DNA from: the human T2T-CHM13v2.0 reference genome, Homo sapiens
Direction: 5' to 3' (one strand)
Length of the DNA stretch: 64,000 nt
Assembly: GCF_009914755.1 (NCBI RefSeq)
Contig: NC_060937.1
Shown here: positions 32,901 to 44,260 of the stretch, piece by piece
Numbering within the stretch: position 1 is the first letter of the stretch
How the letters are laid out: each line of letters opens with the position of its first letter
Position numbers and translations under genes: made by a program
Notes under the pieces: model-generated
The model's input: only the letters and a program-made list of their open reading frames with translations
What the model was told of the DNA's origin: nothing
Database searches by the model: none

Positions 32901-35900
32901 ACAGGGTTCACATCACCTCAGTGATCAGTGCAGAGGTATGTCACAATGCCCCCTTAGGCAGAGCCTAGACATAAGTTACATCACCTTGATGATCAATACA
33001 GAGTGATGACACGAAGCACCTTGTAGGCAGAGCCTAGAGAAGAGTTACGTCACCTGCGTGATCAGTGCAGAGATATGTCACAATGCCACCTGTAATAAGA
33101 GCCTAGAGAAGAGTTGCACCACCGGGGTGATCAGTGCAGAGATATATTACAATGCCCCCTGTAGGCAAAGCCTAGACAAGAGTTACATAACCTCGGTGAT
33201 CACTTCAGAGATATGGCAAAACGCCCCTGTAGGCAGAGCCTAGAAAAAGTTACATCACCTACGTGATCAGTGCAGAGATATGTCACAATACCCCCTTTAA
33301 GTAGAGCCTAGACAAGAGTTACATCACCTGAGTGATCAGGGCAGAGATATGTCACAATGCCCCCTGTAGGCAGAGCCCACACAAGAGTTGCATCACCTCC
33401 GTGTTCAGTGCAGAGATATGTCTCAATGTCTCCTGTCGGCAAAGCCCAGAAAAGAATTACATCATCTCGGTCATCAGTGCAGAGATATGTCAAAATGCCC
33501 CTGAGGGCAGAGCCTAGAAAAAATTTACATCACCTGGGTGATCAGTGCAGAGACATGTCACAATGTCCATGTAGGCAGAGCCTAGACAAGAGTTACATCA
33601 CCTGGGTGATCATTGCAGAGTGATGTCACAATGCCCTCTGTAGGCAGAGACTAGAGAAGTTACCTCACCTGAGAGATCAGTGCAGAGATATGTCACAACG
33701 CCCTCTGTAGGCAAAGACTAGTCAACAGTTACATTACCTGTGTGATCAGTGCAGATATATGTCACTATGTCCCTGTGGCCAGAGCCTAGACAAGAGTTAC
33801 ATCACCTGGGTGATCAGTGCAGAGATAAGTCACAATGTCTCCAGCAGGCAGAGCCTAGACAAGAGTTACATCACCTCGGTGATCAGTGCAGAGATATGTC
33901 ACAATGCCCCCTGTAGGCAGATCCCAGACAAGAGTTGCATCACCTCGGTGATCAGTGCAGTGATATGTCTCAATGCCCTCTGTCAGCGAAGCCTGTACAA
34001 GTTACATCATCTCGGTGATCAGTGCAGTGATATGTTAAAATGCCCCTGTAGGCAGAGCCTAACAAGAGTTACATCACCTGGGTGATCAGTGCAGAGATAT
34101 CTCACAATACCCCCTGTAAGCTGAGCCTAGACAAGAGTTACATCAACTGGGTGATCAGTGCAGAGATATGTCATAAATCTCACTGTAGGCAAAGCCTTGA
34201 CAAGTGTTACATCACCTCAGTGATCAGTGCAGAGATATGTCCCAATGCCCCTGTAGGCAGAGCTTAGACAAGAGTCACATCTCCTAGTTGATCAGTGCAG
34301 AGATACGTCACAGTGCTCCCATAGGCAGAGCCTAGACAAGACTTACATAACCCTGGTGATCCGTGTAGAATGATGTCACAACGCCCTCTGTAGGCAGAGA
34401 CTGGAAAAGTTACTTCACCTGGGTGATCAGTGCAGAGATATGTCACAATGCCGTTTGTAGGCAGAGCATAGGGAAGAGATGCATCACCTGGGTGATCAGT
34501 GCAGAGATATGTCACAATGTCCCCTGTAGGCAAAGCCTAGGCAAGAGTTACATCACTTTTGTCATCAGTTCAGAGATATGTCAAAACGCCCCTGTAGGCA
34601 GAGCCTAGACAAGAGTTACATCACCTAGTTGATCAGTGCAGAGATATTTCACAATACCCCCTGTAGGCAGAGGGTAGACAAGAGTTACATCACCCAGGTG
34701 ATCAGTGCAGAGATATTTTACAATACCTCCTGTCGGCAGATCCTAGACAAGAGTTGCATCACCTGGGTGATCAGGGCAGACATACTTCACAATGCCCCCT
34801 GTAGGCAGAGGGTAGATCAGAGTTACATCACCTAGGTGATCAGTGCAGAGATATGTCAAAAAGCCCCTTGTAGGCAGAGCCTAGACAAGAATTCTCTCCC
34901 CGGGGTGATCAGTGCAGAGATATGTCACAAGGCCCCTGTAGGCAGAGCTTAGATGAGTTACATCACCTGGGTGATCAGTGCAAAGATATGTCACAAAACC
35001 CCCTGTAGACAAAGCCTAGACAATTGTTACATCACTTGGGTGATCCGTGGAGAGATCTCTCACAATTCCCCTGTAGGCAGAGCTTATATAACAGTTACAT
35101 CACCTGGGTGATCAGTGCAGAGATATTTCACAGTGCCCCCAGAGGCAGATGCAAGACAAGAGTCTGTCACCTGGATGATCAGTGCAGAAATACGTCACAA
35201 TGCCCTCATAGGCAGAGCCTGGACAAAAGCCCCATCACATGGATGATCATTGCAAAGTTATGTGACAAAGCAACCTTTAGTCAGATCCTAGACAAGGGTT
35301 ACATCACCTGGGTGATCAGTGCAGAGATATGTTACAATGCACCCTGTAAGCAATGCCTAGATAAGAGTTACATCACCTCGGTGATCACTTCAGAGATATG
35401 TCATAACGCCCCTGTAGGCAGAACCTAGAAATGAGTTACATCACCTGGGTGATCAGGGCAGAGATATCACAATGCGCCCTGTAAGGAGAGCCCAGACTAG
35501 AGTTGCATCACCTCGGTGATCAGTGTAGAGATATGTCTCAATTAGTCCTGTCGGCAAAGCCCAGAGAAGAGTTACATCATCTCGGTGATCAGTGCAGAGA
35601 TATGTCAAAATGCCTCTGTGAGCAGAGCCTAGACAAAATTTACATCACCTGGGTGATCAGTGCAGAGACATGTTACAATGTCCATGTAGGTAGAGCCTAG
35701 ACAATGGTTACATCACCTGGGTGATCATTGCAGAGTGATGTCACAACGCCCTCTGTAGGCAGAGACTAGAGAAGAGTTACATTACCTGTGTGATCAGTGC
35801 AGATATATGTCACTATGTCCCTGTGGCCAGAGCCTAAACAAGAGTTACATCACCTGGGTGATCAGTTCAGAGATATGTCGCATTGCCTCCATAGGCAGAT

Positions 35901-36401
35901 CCAAGACAAGAGTCCGTCACCTGGGTGATCAGTGCAGAAATATGTGACAATGCCCCCAATAGGCAGAGCCTAGAGAAGAGTCCCATCACCTGGGTGATCA
36001 GTGCAGAGTTATACCACAAAGCCCCCTGTAGGCAGAGCCTAGACAAGAGTTACATCACCTGGTTGATCAGTGTAGAGATATGTCACAATGCCACTGTAGG
36101 CAGAGCCTAGACAAAAGTCCCATCACCTGGGTGATCAGTGCAGAGATATGTCACAAAGCTCCTGTAGGCAGAGCCTAGACAAGGGTTACATCACTTGGTT
36201 GATCAGTTCAGAGATGTGTCACAATGCCCATGTAGGCAGAGCCTAGGCAAGAGCTACAACATCTGAGTGATCAATGCAGTGATATGTCACTATGCCCCAA
36301 TAGGCAGAGCATAGACAAGTGTTACATCACTTGGGTGATCAGTGCAGAGATAGGTCACAATGCCCCCATACACAGAGACTATAAAATAGTCTCATCACCT
36401 G
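20992..36401 (+). repeat. Beta satellite (68-bp Sau3A/BSR) array, about 225 diverged monomers
   Basis: Tandem ~68-bp unit TGCCCCTGTAGGCAGAGCCTAGACAAGAGTTACATCACCTGGGTGATCAGTGCAGAGATATGTCACAA with about one GATC per unit, in a single orientation. Confidence 0.97.
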
Positions 36402-39400
36402 CACTACAGCCTGTGTGACAGAGGGAGACCCTGTCGAAAGAAAGTAGTGGAATGGAAGGGATTGAAATGGAATGGAACGGATTGGAGTAGAGTGGAGTGG
36501 AATTGAGTGGAGTGGAGTGGAGTGCAGTGGAATGGAATGGTGAAATGAAATGTGAGCTGAGATTGTGCCACTGCACACCAGCCTGGGTGACAGAGTGAGA
36601 TACAGTCAAAAGAAAGTACTGGAATGGAATGGAGTGGAATGGAATGTAATGGAGTTGAGAGCAGTGGAGTGGAGTAGAAAGGAGTGGAATGGAATGGGAT
36701 GGAATGGAAAGGACAGGAGTGGACTGGAATGGAGTGGAGTGGAGAGGAATGGATTGGAGTGGAGTGGAGTGGAATTTAATGGAGTAGAATACAATGGAAT
36801 GGTGAAATGAAATGTGAGCTGAGATTGTGCCACTGCACTCCAGGCTTGGTGACAGAGTGAGATACTCTCTAAAGAAAGGAATGGAATTGAATGCAGTGGA
36901 ATGGAATGGAATGGATTGGAGTGGAGTGGAGTGGAGTGAAGTGGATTGGAGTACAATCAAGAGGAATGGAAAAAGGTGGAATGGAATGGAATGAAGAGGA
37001 GTGGAGAGGGGTGGAGTGGAGTGCAGTGGGATGGAGCGGAATGGAACGGGATGGAGTGGAATGGAGTGGAGTGGAGTGCATTGGAGTGGAGAGGACTGGA
37101 ATGGAGTGGAATGGAATCGGATGTAATGGAATGTAGTGCAGTGGAGGGGAGTGGAGTGGAACAGAGTGGAATGGAACAGAATTGAATGGAATGGAATAGA
37201 ATGGAAAGGAATGGAATGGAATGGAATGCAATGGAATAGAATGCAACGCAATGGAAAGATGACATGTAATGTGAGCTGAGATTGTGCCACTGCACTCCAG
37301 CCAGGGTGACACAGTGATATCCTGTCAAAGGAAAGGAATGGAATGCAATGGAGTGGAGTGGAGTGGAATGGAATGGGATGGAGTGGAATGGAGTGGAGTG
37401 GAGTGGAGTGAAATACAATGGAATGGAATGGGATGGAATGGAATGCAATGGAATGGTGAAAAGAAATGTCAGCTGAGATTGTGCCACTGCACTCCAGCCT
37501 TTGTGACAGAGTGAGATCCTGTGGAAAGAAAGGAATGGAATGGAATGGAATGGAGTGCAATGGAATGCAGTGGAGTGGAGCAGAGTGGAGTGGAATTGAG
37601 TGGAGTGGAATTGCGTGGAGTGGAATTGAGTGGAGTGGAATTGAGTGGAGTGGAATTGAGTGGAGTGGAGTAGAGTGGAATGGAATGGAGTGGAGTGGAA
37701 TGGAGTGGCGTGGAGTGGAGTGGAGTAGAGTGGAATGGAATGGAGTGGAGTGGAATGGAGTGGAGTGGACTGGAGTGGAATGGAGAGGAGTGGAGTGGAA
37801 GGGAATGGAATGGAATGCAGTGGAATGGAATGGAATGAAATGGTGAAAAGAAATGTGTGACACAGGGAGATCCTGTCAAAAGAAAGGAGTGGAATGGAAG
37901 GGATTGGAATGGAATGGAATGGATTGGAGTAGAGTGGAGTGGAATTGAGTGGAGTGGAGTGCAGTGGAATGGAATGGAGTGGAATGGTGAAATGATATGT
38001 GAGCTGAGATTGTGCCACTGCACACCAGCCTGAGTGACAGAGTGGGATCCTGTCAAAAGAAAGGAATGTAATGGAATGGAGTGGAATGGAATGGATTGGA
38101 GTGGAGTGGAGGGAAGTGGAGTGGAAAGGAGTGGAATGCAATGGGATGGAATGGGAAGGACTGGAATGGACTGGAGTGGAGTGGAGTGGAATGTACTGGA
38201 GTGGAGTGGAGTGGAATGTACTGGAGTGGAGTGGAGTGGAATAGAATGGAATAGAATGGAATTAAATGGGGAAATATAATGTGAGCTGAGATTGTGTCAC
38301 TACGCTCCAGGCTGGGTGACAGAGTGAGATACTCTTGAAAGAAAGGAATGGAATGGAATGCAGTGTAATGGAATGGAGTGGACTGCAGAGGAGTGGAGTG
38401 GAGTGGAGTGGAATGGAGACGAATGGAATGAGATGGAATGGAATGCAATGAAGTGGAGTGGAGTGCAGCCGAATGGAGAGGAATGGAATGGGATGGAGTG
38501 GAATGGAGTGGAGTGGAGTGCAGTGGAGTGGAGAGGAGTGGAATAGAGTGGAATGGAATAGGATGTAATGGAATGTAGAGGAGTGGAGTGGAGTCGGAGT
38601 CGGAGTGTGATGGAATGTAATGGAAAGGAATGGAATGCAATTGAATGCAAAGAAATAGAAAGTTGACATGTAATGTGAGCTGAGATAGTGCCACTGCAGT
38701 CCAGCCTGGGTGACACGGAGATATCCTGTGGAAAGGAAGCTATGGAATGTAATGGAGTGAAATGGTATGGAATGGAATGGAATGGAGTTGATTGGAGTTG
38801 AGTGGAGTGGAACAGAGTCGAATGGAATGGGATGGAGTGGCATGGAATGGAGTGGAGTGGAGTGGAGTGAAATAGAGAGGAATGGAATGGGATGGAATGG
38901 AATGCAATGCAATGGAATGGTGAAAAGAGATGTGAGCTGAGATTGTGCCACTGCACTCCAGCCTCTGTGACAGAGTGAGATCCTTTGGAAAGAAAGGAAC
39001 GGAATGGTATGGAATGGAGTGGAGTAGAGTGGAGTGGAATGGAATTGAATGGAGTGGAGTGGAATGGAATGGAATGGAACGCAATGGAAAGCAATGGAAT
39101 GCAATGGAATAGAATGCAGTGAAAAGGAAAGTTGACATGTAATGTGAGCAGAGATTGTGCCACTGCACTCCAGCCTGGTGACACAGTGATATCCTGTCAA
39201 AAGAAAGGAATGGAATGCAATGGAATGGAGTGGAGTGGAGTGGAGTGGAATGCAATGGAATGGAGTGGAGTGGAATGGAATGGAGTGGAATGGAATGGTA
39301 TGGAATGGAGTGGAGTGGAATGGAATGGAGAGGAATGGAGTGGAGTGGAGTGGAATGCAATCGAATGGAATGGAATGGAAGGGAATGGAATGGAAGGGAA

Positions 39401-42400
39401 TGGAATGGAAGGGAATGGAATGAAATGGAATGGAGTGGAGTGGAGAGGAGTGGAATGGAATGGAGTGGAATGGAATGGAATAGAGTGGAATGGAGTGGAA
39501 AAGAGTAGAATGGAATGTGGTGGAATGAAATGGAGTGGAGTGGACTGGAGTAGAGTGGAATGGAATGCAGTGGAATGGAATGGAGTGTAATGGAATGGAA
39601 TGGAATGGAACGGAATGGAATGGAATGAAATGGTGAAAAGAAATGTGTGCTGAGATTGTGTCACTGCACTAAACCTGTGTGACAGAGGGAGATCCTGTCG
39701 AAAGAAAGGAATGAAATGGAAGGGATTGGAATGGAATGGATTGGAGTGGAGTGGAGTCGAATTGAGTGGAGTGGAGTGCTGTGGAATAGAATGGAATGGA
39801 ATGGTGAAGTGAAATGTGAGATGAGACTGTACCACTGCACACCAGCCTGGGTGACAGAGTGAGATCCTGTCAAAAGAAAGGAATGGAATGGAGTGGAGTG
39901 GAGTGGAAAGTAGTGGAATGGAATGGGATGGAATGGAAAGGAGTGGAGTGGACTGGAATGGAGTGGAGTGGAATGGAGTGGAATGGATTGGAGTGGAGTG
40001 GAGTGGGATGGAATGGAATGGAATGGTGAAATGAAATGTGAGCTGAGATTGTGCCACTGCGCTCCAGGCTGGGTGACAGAGTGAGATACTTTCAAAAGAA
40101 AGGAATAGAATGGAATGCAGTGGAATGGAATGGCATGGAATGGAGTGGAGTGGGGTGAAGTGGAGTGGACTGGAATGGAGAGGAATGGAATAGGATGGAA
40201 TGGAATGGAATGAAGTGGAGATGAGTGGGGTGGAGTGGATTGCAGTGGAATGGAGCAGAATGGGATGGAGTGGAATGGAGTGGAGTGCAGTGGAGAGGAG
40301 AGGAGTGGAATGGAGTGGAATGGAATCGGATGTAAAGGAATTTAGTGGAGTGGAGTGGAGTGGAACGGAGTGGTATGGAATGGAATTGAATGGAATGGAA
40401 TGGTGAAATGAAATGTGATCTAAGATTGTGCCACTGAACTCCAGTCTGGTTGATAGAGTGAGATCCAGTAGAAATAAAGGAATGGAATGGAATGGTGTGG
40501 AGTGGAGTGGAGTGGAATGGAGTAGAGTGGAATGGAGTGGAGTGGAATGGAATGGCATGGAGTGGAGTGGAATGGAATGGAGTGGAGTGGAATGGAGTGG
40601 AGTGGAATGGAATGGAAAGGAGTGGAGTGGAATGGAATGGCATGGAATGGAGTGGAGTGGAGAGAAGTAGAGTGGAATGGAATGGAGTGGAGTGCAGTGG
40701 AGTGGAATGGAGTGGAGTCGAATGGAATGGGATGGAGTGGAATGGAATGGAGTGGAGTGGAGTGAAATAGAGTGGAATAGAATGGGATGGAATGGAATGC
40801 AATGGAATGGTGAAAAGAAATGTGAGCTGAGATTGTGATACTGCACTCCAGCCTTTGTGACAGAGTGAGATCCTGTGGAAAGAAAGGAATGGAATGGAAT
40901 GGAGTGGAATGGAATGCAATGGAGGGGAGGGGAGTGGAATGGAGTGGAGTGGAGGGGAGTGGAATTGAGTTGAGTGGAGTGGAATAGAGTGGAATGGAAT
41001 GGAGTGGAGTGGACTGGCATGGAGTGGAATGGAGTGGAGTGGATTGGAGTGGAATGGAGAGGAGTGGAGTAGAGTGGAATGGAATGGAGTGGAGTGGAAT
41101 GGAGTGGCATGGAGTGGAATGGAGTGGAGTGGAGTGGAATGGAGAGGAGTGGAGTGGAGTGGAAGGGAATGGAATGGAATAGAGTGGAATGGAATGGAAT
41201 GAAATGGTGAAAAGAAATGTGTGCTGAGATTGTGCCACTGTGCTACAGCCTGTGTGACACAGGGAGATCCTTTTGAAGGAAAGGAGTGGAATGTAAGGGA
41301 TTGGAATGGAATGGAATGGAATGGAATGGATTGGAGTGGAGTGGAGTGGAATGGAATTGAGTGGAGTGGAGTGCAGTGGAATGGAATGGAATGGAGTGGA
41401 ATGGTGAAATGAAATGTGAGCTGAGATTGTGCCACTGCACACCAGCCTGGGTGACAGAGTGAGACCCTGTCAAAACAAAGGAATGGAATGGAGTGGAATG
41501 GAATGGAGTGGAGTGGAAAGGAGTGGAATGGAAAGGAGTGGAATGGAAAGGAGTGGAATGGAATGGACTGGAATGGAGTGGAGTGGAATGGAATGGAATG
41601 GAATAGAATGGAATGGAATGGTGAAATGAAATGTGTGCTGAGATTGTGCCACTACACTCCAGGCTGGGTGACAGAGTGAGATACTCTCGAAAGAAAGGAA
41701 TGGAATGGAATGGAATGCAGTGTAATGTAATGTAATGGAATAGAATGGAATGGAGTGAACTGGAGAGGAGTGGAGTGAAGAGGAGTGGAGTGGAATGGAG
41801 AGGAATGGAATCGAATGAAGTGGAGTGGAGTGGAGTGCAGTGGAATGGAGCGGAATGGAATGGGATGGAGTGGAATGGAGTGGAGTACAGTGGAGTGGAG
41901 AGGAGTGGAATGGAGTGGAATGGAATCGGATGTAATGGAATGTAGAGGAATGGAGTGGAGTGGAGTGGAGCCGAACGGAGTGGAATGGAATGGAAAGGAA
42001 TGGAATGGAATGGAATGCAATGGAAAGGAATGGAATGCAATTGAATGTAATGGAATAGAATGCAATGCAATGGAAAGTTGACATGTAATATGAGCTGAGA
42101 TAGTGCCACTGCACTCCAGCCTGGGTGACACCTTGATATACTGTGGAAAGGAAGCTATGGAATGCAATGGAGTGAAATGGTATGGAATGGAATGGAATGG
42201 AGTTGAGTGGAGTGGAGTTTAGTGGAATGGAGTCGACTGGAGCGGAATGGAGTGGAATGGAGTGGAGTGGAGTGAAATAGAGAGGAATGGAATGGGATGG
42301 AATGGAATGCAATGGAATGGTGAAAAGAAATGTGAGCTGAGATTGTGCCACTGCACTCCAGCCTATGTGACAGAGTGAGATCCTTTGGAAAGAAAGGAAC

Positions 42401-44260
42401 GGAATGGCATGGAATGGAAGGGAGTGGAGAGGAGTGGAGTGGAATGGAATGGAGTGGGATGGAATGGAGTGGGATGGAATGCAATGGAAATGAATGGAAT
42501 GGAATGGAACAGAATGGAACGGAATGGAATGGAATGGTGAAAAGAAATGTGTGCTGAGATTGTGCCACTGCGCTGCACCCTGTGTGAGAGGGAGATCCTG
42601 TTGAAAGAAAGGAGTGCAATGGAAGGGATTGGAATTGAATGGAATGGAATAGGTTGGAGTGGAGTGGACTGGAATTCAGTGGATTGGAGTGGAGTACGTG
42701 GAATGGAATGGAATGGAATGGTGAAATGAAAAGTGGGCTGAGATTGTGTCAATGCACTCCAGCCTGGGTGACAGAGTGAGATCCTGTCAAAAGAAAGGAA
42801 TGGAATCTAATGGAGTGGAATGGAATGGAGTGGAGTAGAGTGCATTGGAGAGGAAAGGAGTGGAATGGAATGGAAAGGAGTGGAGTGGAATGGAATGGAG
42901 TGGAGTGGAATGGATTGCAGTGGAGTGGAGTGGAGTGGAGCGGAATGGAACTGAGTGGATTGGAATTGAATGGAATGGTGAAATGAAATGTCAGCTGAGA
43001 TTGTGCCACTGCTCTCCAGGCTGGGTGATGGAGTGAGATACTCTCAAAAGAAAGGAAAGGAAAGGAATGCAGTGGAATGGAATGGAGTGGACTGGAGTGG
43101 AGTGGAGGGAAGTGGAGTGGAGTGGAATGGAGAGGAATGGAATGGAATGAAGTGGAGTGGAGTGGGGTGGAGCGGAGTCCAGTGGAATGGAGTGGAATGG
43201 AATGGGATGGAGTGGAATGGAGTGGTGGGGAGAGCAGTGGAGTGGAGAGGAGTGGAATGTAATCGGATGTTATAGAATGTAGTGGAGTGGAGTGGAACGG
43301 AAAGGAATGGAATACAATGGAATGCAATGGAATTCAATAGAATGCAATGGAATAGAATGCAATGAAATGGAAAGTTGACATGTAATGTGAGCAGAGATTG
43401 TGCCACTGCACTCCAGCCTGGGTGACACAGTGATATCCTGTCGAAACAAAGGAATGGAATGCAATGGAGTGAAGTGGAATGGAATGAAAGGGAGTGGAGT
43501 GGAGTGGAGTGGAGCAGAGTGGAGTGGAATGCAATGGAATGGAATGGCGTGGAGTGGAATGGAATGGAGTGGAATGGAATGGCATGGAATGGAGTGGAGT
43601 GGAATGGAATGGAGAGGAATGGAGTAGAGTGGAGTGGAATGCAATGGAATGGAACGTAAAGGAAGGGAATGGAATGGAGTGGAGTGGAGTGGAATGTGGT
43701 GGAGAGGAGTGGAGGGGAGTAGAATGGAATGGAGTGGAATGAAATGGAATGGAGTGGAAAAGAGTGGAATGCAATGCAGTGGAATGAAACGGAGTGGAGT
43801 GGACTGGAGTAAAGTGGAATGGAATGCAGTGGAATGGAATGGAGTGGAGTGTAGTGGAGTGGAATGGAATGGAATGGTGAAATGAAATGTGAGCTGAGAT
43901 TGAGCCACTGTACTGCAGGCAGGGTGACAGAGTGAGATACGTTTGAAAGAAAGGAATAGCGTGGAATGCAGTGGAATCGAATGGAATGGAATGGAGTGGA
44001 CTAGAGTGGAGTGCAGTGAGGTGAAGTAGAGTGGACTGGAATGGAGAGGAATGGAATGGGATGGGATGGAATGGAATGAAGTGGAGATGAGTGGGGTGGA
44101 GTGGATTGCAGTGGAATGGAGCAGAATGGAATGGGATGGAGTGGAATGGAGTGCAGTGGAGTGCAGTGGAGACGAGAGGAGTGGAATGGAGTGGAATGGA
44201 ATTGGATATAATGGAATTTAATGTAGTGGAGTGGAGTAAAGTGGAACGGAGTGTTATGGA
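36399..44260 (+). repeat. Composite satellite: (GGAAT/GGAGT)n tracts interleaved with 26 Alu 3'-end cassettes
   Basis: The cassette GTGAGCTGAGATTGTGCCACTGCACTCCAGCCTGGGTGACAGAGTGAGATCCTGTC-AAAAGAAAG recurs every ~140-500 bp between GGAAT/GGAGT pentamer tracts. Confidence 0.95.

Noticed and set aside
20992-36401. CRISPR-like array (palindromic repeat at a ~68-bp period) and repeated '[18 protein letters not shown]' ORFs
   Set aside because: The apparent spacers are homologous to each other, the unit is beta satellite, the context is primate DNA and there are no cas genes. The ORFs are satellite translations.
37440-42540. Identity of the ~3.4-kb period with the Y-chromosome DYZ1 repeat
   Set aside because: Only the length is similar. 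DYZ1 is a GGAAT-type unit not known to me to contain regular Alu cassettes, and only two partial copies are present here.
36399-44260. Repeat/spacer (CRISPR-like) reading of the Alu cassette array
   Set aside because: The constant part is Alu-derived and the variable part is low-complexity pentamer repeat, not acquired unique sequence.
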